A stretch of DNA of 64,000 bases from Camelus ferus (lineage: Eukaryota): assembly GCF_009834535.1 (NCBI RefSeq), contig NC_045699.1, positions 64,232,001 through 64,296,000 on the forward strand, given 5' to 3'. Positions 48,990 through 62,422 of the stretch are shown here, piece after piece (within the stretch, counting starts at the first letter, position 1; each line of letters starts with the position of its first letter). The position numbers and the translations under genes are program-made. Under the pieces are notes generated by a model. The model saw only the letters and a program-made list of their open reading frames with translations, made no database searches and had not been told where the DNA came from.

Positions 48990-50680
48990 CTTTACAAATT
49001 GACCTACAGATTCAATACAATCTCTATCAAAATCCCAATGGACTATTTTGTATAAATGAAACAAAGCAAGCTTAATATTCCTATGAAATTGCAAGGAACT
49101 ATGAATACCCAAAATAACCTTGAAAAAAACAAAAGAACAAAGAGGACTCATCTGTCCCTATTTCAAAACTTATTACAAAACTAAAGCAATCAAAAGAATG
49201 TGGTACTTGCAAAAGGATATATAATTAGACTCCAGAAATAAACCCATTCATTTTTGCCAATCAATTTTTGACAAGGGAATGAAGAACATTCAGTGCAGCA
49301 AGGATAATCTCTTCAACAAATGATGTTGGGGAAACTGGATAAACACATATAGAAAAATAAAACTGAACCCCTATCTTACACCATATGCAAAAATTAGCTC
49401 AAAATGGATTAAAGACTTAAACATAAAATCTGATACCATAAAACTCCTAGAAGAAAACAGAAAAGAAGCTCCTTCATATTAATCTGGGCAACGGTTTTCT
49501 GGATACAACACCAAAAGCACAAATAACAAAAGCAAAAATCAAGTGGGACTACATCAAACTAAAAAGCTTTTGCACAGCAAGAGAAACAGTGAAAATAATA
49601 ACGCAAACTGCAGAATAGAAGAACATACTGGGCAAACCATATATCTGAGAGCAGTCAATATCCAAATATATAAAGAACTGACATAACTCAATAATTTAAA
49701 AACAACCAAAACATCTGATTAAATAATGAGCAGAAGATCTNNNNNNNNNNNNNNNNNNNNNNNNNNNNNNNNNNNNNNNNNNNNNNNNNNNNNNNNNNNN
49801 NNNNNNNNNNNNNNNNNNNNNNNNNNNNNNNNNNNNNNNNNNNNNNNNNNNNNNNNNNNNNNNNNNNNNNNNNNNNNNNNNNNNNNNNNNNNNNNNNNNN
49901 NNNNNNNNNNNNNNNNNNNNNNNNNNNCTGATGGCGGAAATGTAAATCGGTATTGCCAATATGGAAAACTATGGAGGTTCTTCAAAAAATTAAAAATACA
50001 ACTACCATATAATGGAACAATTCCACTTCTGGGTATATATCTAAAGGAAATGAAAACAGGATATCTTTAAAAAATATCTGCACTCCCACGTCTATTACAG
50101 CACTATTCACAATAGCCAAGATACGGAAACAACCTAAATGTCCATCAATGGATGAACAGGTAAAGAAAATGTGGTTCATGTACATAATGCAATATCATTC
50201 GGCCATGAGAAAGAAGGAAATCCTGCCATTTGTTGCAGCATGGATGGACCTTAAGGGCATGATGCTAAGTGAAGTAAGTCAGACCGAGAAAGACAATACT
50301 GTATGACATCACTTATACGTGGAATCTAAAGAAGCTAAACACAAAAACAGAAAGTAGAATGGTGGTTATCAGAGAGTGGGGGTCTTGGGGAGATGCTGTT
50401 TAAGGGTACAAACCTGCAACTAGCAGATAAATGTCTTGGAGATACTAATGCACAGCAGAGTGATTATAGACAACAATACTGCACTACAAACCTCAAAGTT
50501 TCTAAGAGATTAGATCTTAATTGCTCCCACCACAAAAAAGACATGATAACTATATGATGTGATAGAGGTGCTAGCTAACGCTATGCTGGTAATCGTATTG
50601 CAATATATAAATGTATCAAATCAACACATTGTACACCTTAAACTCACACAATGTTATATGTCAATAAATTTTAAAAAATT
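48990..50680 (+). mobile_element. Older L1 (ORF2 C-terminus plus L1MA-type 3'UTR)
   Basis: acagattcaatacaatctctatcaaaatccc..., KKLKIQLPYNGTIPLLGIY, 3' end cacaatgttatatgtcaat. Confidence 0.92.
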
Positions 50681-51474
50681 ATTGTGGTGAATATCGTAAG
50701 AGCTAACAAAATTGAGGCCAATGTCCAGTTCCCCAAAAGCTAAGCACAGCCAATTTGTTTTCTCTATTGAAATAGTTTGCCATTCCTTGTTATATGCAGC
50801 AAAGTATTTAGCTTGCATTTTCTCCACATTTTTTACTTCAAAAGGCAAATTAAAATTAACTTCCAGTATATAAAATAGAATTCACATGTATCGGAATAGG
50901 ATGCTCACATCATGAGAGGCCCATGGAAACTGGGGCTCACATGTGGATCAGCAGAATCATGGCCCCCATGTCACACTCACTTCTGGGCATGTATTTGCTC
51001 ACTTAATGAAAAAGGTATAAAATTGCCATCTCAGTTTACCTAAACTGTTCTATTCCACTAACTTTCTGATATGTACCAACACACTTCCCACAAACAACCA
51101 CACCAAGTTAAATGTGACTGTAATTAACTTCACTGTCTCTGCTTTAGTTCAGAATTTCACAATAATATTCCCGTATGTCTTCAAACCACTAGAATTAAAC
51201 AACCCTGGCCTAGTGACTCATTTCTATCCAGTCTGACAACTGAAGATAAATGGTCTGAGGGATGGTTCCAGAGGCATTCTGATGAGGGAGCCCTGAGCCC
51301 AGCTGGCATGCATGTGGAATGTTCGCAGCTGTCAGAGCTCCACATTTACAAGAGCTGAATCTGAAGTTCCATGAACTGTCCAGGCCATCCCTCCCCATCA
51401 ACTCCAAAACCAGTGGTGCTCAAATCTGCCTATGTCTCTCCTCACCTAACCAGCATGGATGGCTCTTAGGCAGG

Positions 51475-52431
51475 CTAACCGGAGTCCACCCTCCCTCCTC
51501 CAAACAGCCTGTGGAGTGCACCCTTGACATCCTTGTTGCGGAGGCTGTACACAAAAGGGTTGGCCAGAGGTGTGATGGCAGTGTACATCACGGCAGCCAC
51601 CATGTCCTGATCCTGAGAATTCTGGGAAGGAGGCTGGAAGTAGACCCAAATGATGGTGCCATAGAGGAAGCCAACAATGGTGAGGTGGGATCCACAGGTG
51701 GAGACTGCACGGTGGCGACCGGACGCTGAAGGCAGACGTAGGATGGTGGCCCCAATGCGGACATAGGAGAGTACAATGAGGGCACAGGGGCCCAGCATGA
51801 GGAAGCCACCCTCCAAGAATATGGCCAGCTCATTGGGATGGATGTCAGAGCAAGAAGCTCTCAGAAGTGGTCGGTGGTCACAAAAGAAGTGGGGAAGTTT
51901 AACGTTGCCCTCAGCATCCTCAGCCCAGTGAAGAGGCAAAAGGAGTCCCACGTGCAGCATGGTGTGCAGTACGGACACCACCCAGCTCAAGACCAATAAG
52001 CGGGCACAGAGTTGGCGATTCATCACTGAATGGTAGTGGAGGGGGTCACAGATGGCCACGTAGCGATCCAGAGCCATGACAGAAATAACAAGGGTGTCTG
52101 TGACTCCAAATGCATAGAAGAAGAAGAACTGGGCCAAGCAGCGGGCAGCAGGAAGGGCTAGGTCATTAGTGACCAGATGGGCCAGTAGCTGGGGCAGGGT
52201 GACCGTGGACAGCCCCATGTCTACTACAGAGAGACCTCGGAGCAGATAGTACATAGGTGAGTGGAGCCTGGAGTCCCAGGAGATGAGCAGCACGAGAGTC
52301 ACGTTCCCCATTATGGTGGTCAGGTAAATAGCCAAGAACATGAGAAAGAGGACCCTGTGGGGGACCCTAGCTCTTGAGAACCCGAGAAGCAAGAAGACTG
52401 GAGAATGTGAGGCATTGGAGGCACAGCCCAT
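51475..52431 (-). CDS. OR1B1: Olfactory receptor 1B1, intact, 318 aa from the ATG at 52431
   Basis: ASNASHSPVFLLLGFSRA, LHSPMYYLLRGLS, HFFCDHRPLLRASCSDIH and TPLANPFVYSL are characteristic of OR1B1. The true start is placed after the acceptor ctctttcAG (52454-52453); the ORF-track ATG at 52485 is intronic. Confidence 0.95.
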   Translation of the reverse strand: MGCASNASHSPVFLLLGFSRARVPHRVLFLMFLAIYLTTIMGNVTLVLLISWDSRLHSPMYYLLRGLSVVDMGLSTVTLPQLLAHLVTNDLALPAARCLAQFFFFYAFGVTDTLVISVMALDRYVAICDPLHYHSVMNRQLCARLLVLSWVVSVLHTMLHVGLLLPLHWAEDAEGNVKLPHFFCDHRPLLRASCSDIHPNELAIFLEGGFLMLGPCALIVLSYVRIGATILRLPSASGRHRAVSTCGSHLTIVGFLYGTIIWVYFQPPSQNSQDQDMVAAVMYTAITPLANPFVYSLRNKDVKGALHRLFGGGRVDSG

Positions 52432-52599
52432 GATGAGTGACACTGAGCCTGCCTGAAAGAGAGTTTTAATCAAAAAGCAAGTCATAGGTCATAGGTTAGG
52501 GATCGTAACAATTCTAGTTAATTCTTCAAACTCCTTAAAGTCTTAAATTCAACTGACCATGATGGGCCCTCCATCTAGATCTGTGACTTCACTCCCTTG

Positions 52600-53450
52600 A
52601 CGTGTTATAGCATTTTCCCCCATATTTCTTCCTTTTTATCCACCCTAATTGGTTCTTTTACATAATCCAAATACCCTGATAAAGTTTCTCATACAGTTGC
52701 AAACAATACTCTTTTTGTCCAACTACTGCTTACCTCCTTCCAGCAGCAAATTTCATGAGAAAATTCCTACACTCACCGTCTCTAGCTCCTCATCTTCTGT
52801 TCACACTTCATCCCGCTGTGGTCCCCATGATTTCTTCCATCTGAACCTGTAAGGAGCATAATGTACCATTTAACATGTAATATATACAGAAATGGTTCTT
52901 TATAAGCAGTTGGTTTTTGTAGTGAAATTGTTTCAGGTTGTCATGAAATAACTTGGTGTTCCTCTTTATTTGATTTTGTAGGTTAACTGCGTCATCAGTT
53001 CCATCCATCTGACTGTCCAAATGAAAACCTGGGGGAATCTCTCCTTCATCTCCTCATCTCCAATCACTCCTTGACATCTACATTTTCCCTTATATCCGCC
53101 CTTTGCTCTCAGTCCAGTAACACTATTTAATTTTCAGCATCTCTAACCAGTACTAATTTCATAGCCTAGTTACCAGTTTCTCTACTAATCTCCCCTGATA
53201 GATCTTCCATATTTATGCCAAAATAAAATTTCCAACGTGTGATTTCTTGTTTAAAGGGTCAGCACCTTCAAAATAAAATCCAAACAGCTTGATGTGACTT
53301 TCATTGTCAGTACGTAACCTAACTAACCAGGCTTATGCTGAGCCACCTACCCAGTACTTTTTAAACTAGGCAGTTTTTTACTAGTTTTCTGAACATGCTA
53401 AGATCTCACATTCCTGTAGATCTTCACATGTTATTCTGAGAACCTCATCT
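52600..53450. mobile_element. Degenerate L2
   Basis: Pyrimidine-rich L2-like motifs in the OR1B1 intron. Confidence 0.5.
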
Positions 53451-53789
53451 TCCTGAAATAGAAGGTCTAAATAACACTTTCCCACATAGCACAGATAGAA
53501 GTTTAAAAAAAAATCAATAATCAGCCTTTTAAATTCATAACTGAGTTTTCAAGAATTTTAGGGAAATGCTGGGTAGGTGGGAGGGGACACAGTATCAGTC
53601 TTTGGAGTCCAGAGGCTTGTTTTAACCCCCTTGTGGGATAAGAGATAAGTTCTTAGGCTTGTGTGAGGCAAGTGGTAGAAACTACCACATAAATTAAGAA
53701 CATTCAAAAAGTTAAACTTTCAGTGAACAAATACGTATGTATATACATGCATATATACACACACATACAGATACACCACTGGCTATAGG

Positions 53790-54635
53790 AGACCCAAAGA
53801 CCCTATCTTTCAACCTGTACTACATGGAGATGAAAATGTCTCCCATGAGACTGCATTATGGGTCTGTACAGCACATGGACACATGGAATGGATAAAACTG
53901 ATATACAAAACACAAATGATGCTAAAACCTGCAAATTGATAGACTAACATAAAATTCACTCTCAGACTGGTAAAAGCGTTGAGGTATCTTGTAGAAGCAA
54001 ACACAAAACTTCTTCTCAAGGACTCACTAACACTATACTGTACAGGAGTCACACAAATAAAAACTAACCAAAAAGATGAGCTCACAGTTCAAAATTACAA
54101 AACACACACAAAAATGCATTCAGTATGAAGACAATCAGCACATAATAGGATTACCTCCCTCTAAATATCATAAATTAACGAATCTGTAAGGAATTATAAA
54201 TTATGTTTAAAATGCTTTGTGTCTAAAAGAATGAATAAAGACTATAAGAAATGAGATAGTATTTAAAAAAATACAATGGATTGGGGAAAGACCCAAAAAG
54301 AAAGACTGGAAAATAAAAATACTGACATTCAAATTAAAATCTCAATGAATGGGCTGGACAGAGGCTGAAGAGAGAAGCTAACTCCTACACAAGACAAATT
54401 TTTAAAAATCCATCCATAGACACTATGTTAGGGAAACTCACAAGCAGCAAATACAAAGAATGTATTAAAATCAACCAGAGAGAAAGGAACTATTACCTAC
54501 AAAGGAAAGACAGACTTTCTGACAGAAGATTTCTCAGCAAAAAGACTCTAGAAAATAAGAAACTCTTCTCAGTGCTGAGAGAAAACACCAAACCCAAATT
54601 TTACATCCTTTTAAACTATCCAACAATAAAAATAT
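53790..54635 (+). mobile_element. Ancient L1 5'/ORF1-like remnant
   Basis: aaaatctcaatgaatgggctggacagaggctgaagagag..., cagactttct, ttctcagtgctgagagaaaac. Confidence 0.55.
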
Positions 54636-57339
54636 TTTGACATACACTATTCTGTCTTCCATGGAGTGTCATCCCATCCCCTCAGGGCCCAGATTTCAAC
54701 CCCGCAAGATAACTGGTGAAAGGCTACTCATCTTGAAGACTCAGGGTTCATTTCTACTCAAAGCTTTCATTGAATCCCAGCACAGTATTTCACTAGAGCA
54801 TTTTTCACTCTTCCGTTCACTGTGTGACTATTGATTTTGCCTGACTCCCAAAGTAGACTGTTAAAACACTTGAATACGTATGTTTATCTGCATACACAGA
54901 TATATGTGTATATACACACACACACTTGTGTGCATATATACAGATAAATGCATATATTGGTCACTGGATTCTTTATACCTAGCATAAAGCCTGGGAATTA
55001 CTGGGTGATTATTAAATATTTGTTAAAGAAATGAAATAGATTTTCCATTAAAGGACAGTAGTCTGCAGTTATAGCAAAGGCTTTGAAGTCAGACTTACAT
55101 GGAATCTAACTCCATTTCTGCCACTTATCAGTTGTGTGATATTGACAAGTTATGTTTTCTTATCTGCCAAAAATAGTAATCAAACAGTGTTTACCTCAAA
55201 AAGTAGTGAAGATTTAAGGAGAAATTCTGTTACAACAGTGCTTGGGGAAAAAACTGAACCTTGTGGAAGCAAAGAAGGAAGCACCTTTTTTCTCACACCA
55301 CTATTTTGAAAGATCTCATTTTTAAGGACTAAAAGTCCAGTTCAACTGAACACCAAAACTTCAAATCTCAATCAATTTAAACTTTTCTTCTTTTCCCAAA
55401 TGGAATTCTGCTCTAATTCAGAAACCTGTATGAGGGAAAGAGGGATGTGGCAGACTTCATTACTGCAGCATATTTTGCATCCTACCTCTAAGATGTCTGT
55501 GGCTAATGCGGAGTCAAAGGAAAAAGAAAAAGAAAGGTAAGGTCTCATTGAGTGGTGCTGTTGGTACAGATTGCAAATACAGAATCATTCTCTTGGAGCA
55601 TCGTATGAGCCCAGCGGAGAGCACCCATAGGTAGCTATTGCCACCAGACAAGACTAATCAATCCAGAACCTGGCATCTCTTAGAGACCTTATTCATGATT
55701 GATACCTGACTGCAACCCTTTAGACTTAATCTCCTAAGATTGCCTCATCCTAACAAGAAGCCCTCTTGGGTGGGATGCCTTTCAAGATGACACAGCTCAT
55801 GCATCTTCATCGGATCCAGCTTGCCCAAGGAAAACTCACACGTCTTATTCCAGTAAACTCTGTAAATACAGCTTCCTCAAACTATTCTCCATGTGCTGGC
55901 AGGAATTGCACTTGGACCCTTCCTCAAATGCTCATATGGACTTAAATAATGTATTTAGATGCATTTTAGTTTCCAAACATGTTTTCTTAAACTATCTTTT
56001 CATTAATGATGTCTAATGTAATTATGCAGCCAAACAATTAAATATCTATGAGGTTCGGTCTTTGAAGCTTTACGAGACTCACTTTGTAGCCTAATATGTG
56101 GCTAAACCTATGGGATACAGAAAATGACAGCCCCAAACAAATTCACAATTTTTAGAATTGAGGTGGCATTCTCAGTGAATGAGGATGGGTCATTCAATTA
56201 AATATTGTAGCACAACTGTATATACTTATTTTAACTTGTGGTCTGCTCCTATTATGAACATGAAGGCAGAGCCCCAGGCATTGATAAGCTTAAGTCTTCA
56301 ACACATTACGTTAACTGAAAATTTCCAGGATGATAGGAGGGTATGACAGATATGAAATTTTAAAACATGCAAAAATATTTTATTACTTTGGAAGACACTT
56401 ATAACATTTATTATGACTACTTTATTTAAGACAGTGAGTACCTCCTTTGGGGAAGAAGGAAGAACAGAGGAAAGGAGACAGAAATAGTTTGGATTTTAAA
56501 TGTATCTGTTACAGTTTATTTTTTCAAAATAAGAGTTGAAACCAAAAGGGGTAAATGTTAAGTTTTGTTAAAGTTGGATACTAAGTATACGTACTTCATT
56601 GCCTTGGTCTCTATGCATTTTTCTATATTGTGAATCTTTTCCTATTAAGAATATAAACAGTAAAGATGAGGAGATAGCAACTGAGATATAAGTGCCTTCT
56701 CTTATATTCTATTTATTTATTCCTTCATAACATTAAGCACACATTTCTAGCTCAAAAGAACATCCACCACAGTGAATTCAATCACGCACTCAGCATCAAG
56801 ATATTCAAGCTAGTATACCATGGAGAAACCAAAATTAGATAAGATCTATGTTAGAACTCGGAGAACTAGAGATTTCTCTCCAAAACAATTTTCCAAAACC
56901 TGTGGGATAAAAAGAAAGATGCCACAATACATGTGCATTTTAACTGTCAAATCTACAAAAATTCAATAAGTCAAGAAGTTTCCCTAAATTGTTTTTCCCT
57001 ATTCCCAGGCGTGTTCCATGTTTCCAATTACCATTCAGATTCCTGTCTTACTCTGGTATGTTCTATAGTGAGTTTCTGATGGAAATTCTTTCTTTAGGGG
57101 CTGAATCTAGAGATCTAGAGCCAGAGAAAAAATTTAGACCGGACTCTGGGATAGGAGGGAGAAATCTTCAACAAGACTGTAAGAGACACAGGTTAAGGGT
57201 TCATAATTGCCTACACTCCTCCAGCCTCAGGAGCCTTGGACTGGATTAATCATAATCCATGGTTCATGGTACACCCTCTTCACTGGTCTGAGCATCACCT
57301 TCTTGCTTGCTCCCTTGGCTTTGAATATGATTATAAACA

Positions 57340-57800
57340 ACCTTAACTTACTGTCCAACACAGAAACTAGAACACTGATTATAATTCGTATCTATGAAAC
57401 TCTCCATCACCTCTTCCTGTCATTCCTTACCTAAGGTAACCAACCTCTTCAATCTCAGGTTAATAATTCTCTCTCTTTTGTTAATATACATTTATCTTTC
57501 ACATACCTACTATAGGCATTCTAAGAAGAATATTGTTATGTTTGAGATGATCTGAAATTTATAAAAAGGAAACAAACTTTAAGTAATTTGGGGTGACCTG
57601 GTTTTACGCCTCAGTATTATATGACATGGATTCACTGATATTATTGACGATGGCTATCGTTCGTTTATTTTTCATTGCTATACAACAGCCTTTTGTGTGA
57701 ATACACCACAGTGTATTTGTCCATTCTCTGTGATGTGTATATGGATTGTTTACTTGCTTCTGCTACACAGAGTATGGCTCTGAGCTGACATAAGTCTACA
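57340..57800 (-). mobile_element. L1ME-like 3' region
   Basis: aaggtaaccaacc..., ttcattgctatacaacagcc...gtgaatacaccacagtgtatt. Confidence 0.55.
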
Positions 57801-59559
57801 TGTCTGTACTCTGTTACTATCTTTTTTACATGGGCAAGTGCCTCAATGTGTCGGAGTCTCAGCCTTCTCCACCATAACGTGGACGTAGAAACTACTTTTG
57901 CAAAGTTGTTAGAAGAATAAAAATGCTTATTAGTGTTTAAAAATTATAATTAATACCATACGCTCTATCAACTATTTACTCCATTTCGTATATTTAGAAT
58001 AATTAAATATAGTTTACTTATAAAGTAATTCATTCAGTTTTTTGCTTCCAAGGTTATCAATGAGCAGTCTTCACCGAATACAATGATATGTAACAGTGTT
58101 AGAAGTAGTAGAAATAGTAGTAGAATAAAGAAGATACCCAGAGACCTTGCTACATGCATGGTTTTTTAAAATCTGTATTCTATAAAGTAGATACGATTTT
58201 ATTCTCACTTTACAGATGAGGAAACTGGGGCATAGAGAAATTAAGCCACTTGTTTTAATATTGTGCAGTTCGTCAGAGGTGGAACAGGAATTTTAACACA
58301 GTGAATTGGACATATTGACGACTGCTTCTCGCAGCCCTTCTTATTTTTCCTTCTCTACTGATGGCATTATTAACCACTATACCCCACATTCTTGATATTT
58401 GTTTTCTTCCAGTCTCCTTAATATGGTAAAATTGTGAATTTCATCTTCCTTCTCTCAGTGGTGGGATTTTTTCTATCTATAAAATTTTCTCTTCCTCTCC
58501 CATTCCCTTCACTACGAAGGGTCCCCAAGGGCAAATCTAAAGAATGTATACAGTCCTAGAGCCTCACTGACCAACTTAATACTGAATATTCATAAATACC
58601 CATCTCCAAACCTGGCTGCCCCCAGTGCTATGTAAAGGGCTGGAGAGTCCATGCTAGTTCTTGTAGAAGATGAAATACACAATGAAGCAGAGTATACAGG
58701 GAAGGCTAATACTATAGATGAAAGACACAGAGAAAACAATAAGGCTTGGAAGTGAAAAAGAGACAACAGGACTATCAAAAGAAAAGCAGGAAAGGAGGTG
58801 GAGTATGGAGCAGTGGACAAAGTGTTAGATCTAATTACTACAAATAATTCACATTAGTGACTTATAATAATTTATACGAGCAATTGTAAAGACTATTTTT
58901 CTCACAAAGCACAGTTATTACTTTAAACAGTGATTAGCAACTGTAATCTGCCTCCGGAAATATCTGAGCGGAGAGAGAACAGAAGGGATGTGGTTTTTAA
59001 AAAATTGATCTGAATGCCTGAACTTGTCTATGGTTCCTAGAAGATAATTTTGCCTAGATCAAGTCCAGAAGGTAATCACGTGATCCAGAAGATCATTTAT
59101 TTATCACCATTTGGTGATGAATTTATCTGTTCTACAAATATTAATTCCTTACCTATAATGGGAAATTAACACAAACTACATAAAGACTCAGCCATGAGAA
59201 AACCACAGTATGGAAAGAAAAAAAAAGATTAAACATTGGATGAATATAATGTGATAAGTGACATGATAAATACAAGCAAAGAAGCTTGTGGAAGTTATTT
59301 GGAGCTGGTCCCATCTCAGCCTTAGGTAAGGTCAGGGATGAGCTGAAGTCATGAAGAGATCCCAAAGAGGTAACAAAACCACAACAGGATGTAACACATA
59401 AAAACGCTACTAGTTCACATCAAAACTGTCCTCTGTTGTACTCAGAGGACAAGTGGCCTTCTGAATGAATAATGTGAATCTGATATAACTGTGTGTGTGC
59501 ATGTGTGTGTATCTGTGTGTATGCTGGATATAAGTTGTATGTATGTGACAAAAATTCAG

Positions 59560-60220
59560 AAAATAATTATTGAAAAGCAGAATTTAATCTGAAATGAGAA
59601 TTTCTTCTGTTTAGTTCCTTAAGTTCCATATTTCTACAAATAACGCTGTCGTTTCTATGAAGAGATGATTGAAAGGAATGTTGTACATTGGAGACATAAA
59701 AATGAAGACACAACAGAGAAAAGAATAAATAGGAAGGGAAAACAAAGAAAGAATGCAAAGTGGTGGGAAAGAGAGAATGGAAATCTAGAATGGAAAGAGT
59801 ACAGAGTGAATGGATGAATGGAAAGAAATAAAGAAACAAGAGGAAGAACTTCTGAAATGAGAAGAGACAAGAGCATAATAGAGGATGGGAAACTTTAATG
59901 ATTAGAGCAGAGATAATGAACAAAAGTAAAGATTTGGGGGAGAAAGGAGAAAGTCATATGGATAATGACTAAGAGAAAGTTGGGGATGTGGAAAGAGCAG
60001 AAGGAGGGCATAATGGAGGGGGATCATGAAATTGTATAAATATAAGAGATGTGTAGGCAGGTGTGAGAAATGGAACATCAGAATGGGAACAGAAAGCAGG
60101 GCTGGTGAGAGAGTCTGTCGGGGTGAGGAGAGAGGAATGGCTGTGAGGAGATAAAGGAGAAAAGATGACATTAAACAGGATGGGTCCAGAGTGAGAGACA
60201 GGTTATTGATAAAGATAAGA
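59560..60220. mobile_element. Purine-rich L2 fragment
   Basis: GA-rich strand with L2-like motifs. Confidence 0.5.
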
Positions 60221-62234
60221 ATTGGTCACGGGGAATGTGGAATGAAGGCTAGTTTCCTCACCCACACACTCACCTGGGAGGAAAGGACTTCTCTGACCCT
60301 GGACTTAGTTGCTCCAGTCTTCTGTCAGATTCCAGGTACCTAGCCATGGTGCTGAAGGACAGATCAGTGCATGGGACTCAAAGTCAGGACTAGTGAGGCC
60401 AGGTGAGATTTAGAGATTGTAGGGCCCCAGAGATCCTTCCCCTAGAGCCACATGGGGCCTGCCAGGTGGTGGAATTCCTGCCACCACAGAGAGCAAGAAA
60501 GTACAGACATACTCTCAAGGGAATCCGGCTAAAAGCATCTCGACTCCCTAGCAACAACTTCAAGCCACTGATCCTGATGGGATGGGAGACTACTTAATGA
60601 ATGCCCAGGCATCACAAATGGCAAACATTTGTGTCTCATTACCCAAATAACTTAGTCATCACTCCATCTTCTTCCTGTGATATAAAAAGCATGATGTAAT
60701 GTAAAGTACATCTCTGGAGCCAAATAAGAGTAAATATAATTCTGAAATGTAACACTTATAAACTCTGTGAATCTGGCACTTAATTAACACCTATGAGCTC
60801 TAGTCTATTTGTGTATAAAAAGCTAATAAATTCTAACTTTTAAATAAATAATTTCTTTAAGAATTATAATACTGTATATAAAATTCTGATTGTAGGGACT
60901 GCCAAGTAATAAAAGGCTCAGATAATAATTGTTCTTGTTGTTCCCACCATTACTGCTATAATCATTGTGGGTATTACACAACCAAAGTGAATTCAGGTTT
61001 TTCAGATGTTGGTAGGATACACTATGACTAACCCAATTCCTCTATCTGACTATATGCTTCTGGAAGGAAGGGGCTGTGATTCATTCACCTCTGTATCCAG
61101 TGCCTAGCATGGTGCCTGGCACAAAGCAAACACTCAAGAAAGAGTGACTGGATAAATGGCCAGCGAGTGACCATCCTTCTCTCATTCATCCTAATTCCCT
61201 ACCCAATGCAATGCCCTATCTTGCCTATCATTCTCCAACAGTGTTTACTAAGAATAAATATTTATGAGATTAAGTTATTTTTTCTCATTAAGTCCTTTGT
61301 TTTCACAATGAATTAGCTAACCCATTCTCTAAGCTTATTACTAGGCTAATTAAACACCCATAATCCATAAAAATAGGAATCAATGTGTCATTAATGTCTT
61401 ACCATAATAAAATATGCTCTCACACAGTTTTATGGTATTTTAATCCTAGTAATATAAGTGAAACAGAATAGACATGGTGCTCAGTTGATTAAATTTGGGA
61501 AGCAGGGACTCAGGCCCCGGTAGCAAGTAATATAATTAGGCCTCTTTTTAGAAGCCTAATTAATGAAATTCTAAGAGCCTGAATTTGTATATTTATTTAT
61601 CATGGTGGTTGAAACAAAGAATAAGATAAAAATAAGATCAGCCAATTTTGATGTTGTTAAGGAACCCTACATACCATTAAAATGGCTTGTCCCAAAATAA
61701 AAATGAAATAATCGTCCAAAATCCTTCATAATATACCTGTTGAACAATTTAATTTTAAAGATTAAACTCTTTGAATTGAAATATATTATATAAAATAAGT
61801 CTTTAGGGTCAACTTTTTAAGACACTGAAACTTTGATACATTGAGAAAACAATTTACTGTGACAGAAATTAATTCAATACTTTTCCTTTTCTAAACATAT
61901 TAGCTTATTAGCAAAGAAAAAGATGTTTCCTAGTTTGTACATTCCAATCTAAAGAAAAATGGAAACAATTATAAGAATTTTGATTTCTTATGAGTTTATT
62001 TTTTAAATAACCATTTCCATTATTTACTCATTCCATTCAAAAGTCAATCATTAAATTCTATGTCTAAATTAAAAGTGTTTTTCAGTATCTCCCCTAAAAT
62101 AAAGATAAATTCAGAGACTATTTTCCTATTAGTGATTTCAGAAATAACCAGACTGGATACTATTTAATGTGAATTTATGTAATAGTGCAACTCATACCTG
62201 CCTACTAAAAGTTGTCTATCACATTCTTTAAAAT

Positions 62235-62422
62235 TGGTTTTATATGATTTTTTAAATATTTTATTTATTTATTATTGTATTATTTAATTATTTTATTGGG
62301 GGTGGGAATTAGGTTTATTTATTTTTTAGAGGAGGTACCAAGGATTGAACCCAGGGCCTTCTGCATGCTAAGCATGCACTCTACCACTTGAGCTATGCCC
62401 TCCACCCTGGTTTTATATGATT
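62235..62422 (-). mobile_element. vic-1-like SINE with a perfect 15-bp TSD
   Basis: TSD tggttttatatgatt at 62235-62249 and 62408-62422; SINE core at 62330-62406. Confidence 0.95.

Noticed and set aside
52432-52485. 18-aa N-terminal extension of OR1B1 (MTCFLIKTLFQAG...)
   Set aside because: The upstream ATG lies 5' of a good splice acceptor at 52454-52453, so it is intronic.
59103-59118. Near-palindrome atcaccatttggtgat, E-box atcacgtgat (about 59077) and GAS-like ttcctagaa (about 59034)
   Set aside because: These are short isolated motifs within chance expectation.
58590-60171. Hydrophobic minus-strand ORFs rich in F/L/S
   Set aside because: They are a compositional artefact of the purine-rich plus strand (L2 and GA-rich DNA), with no recognisable domain.
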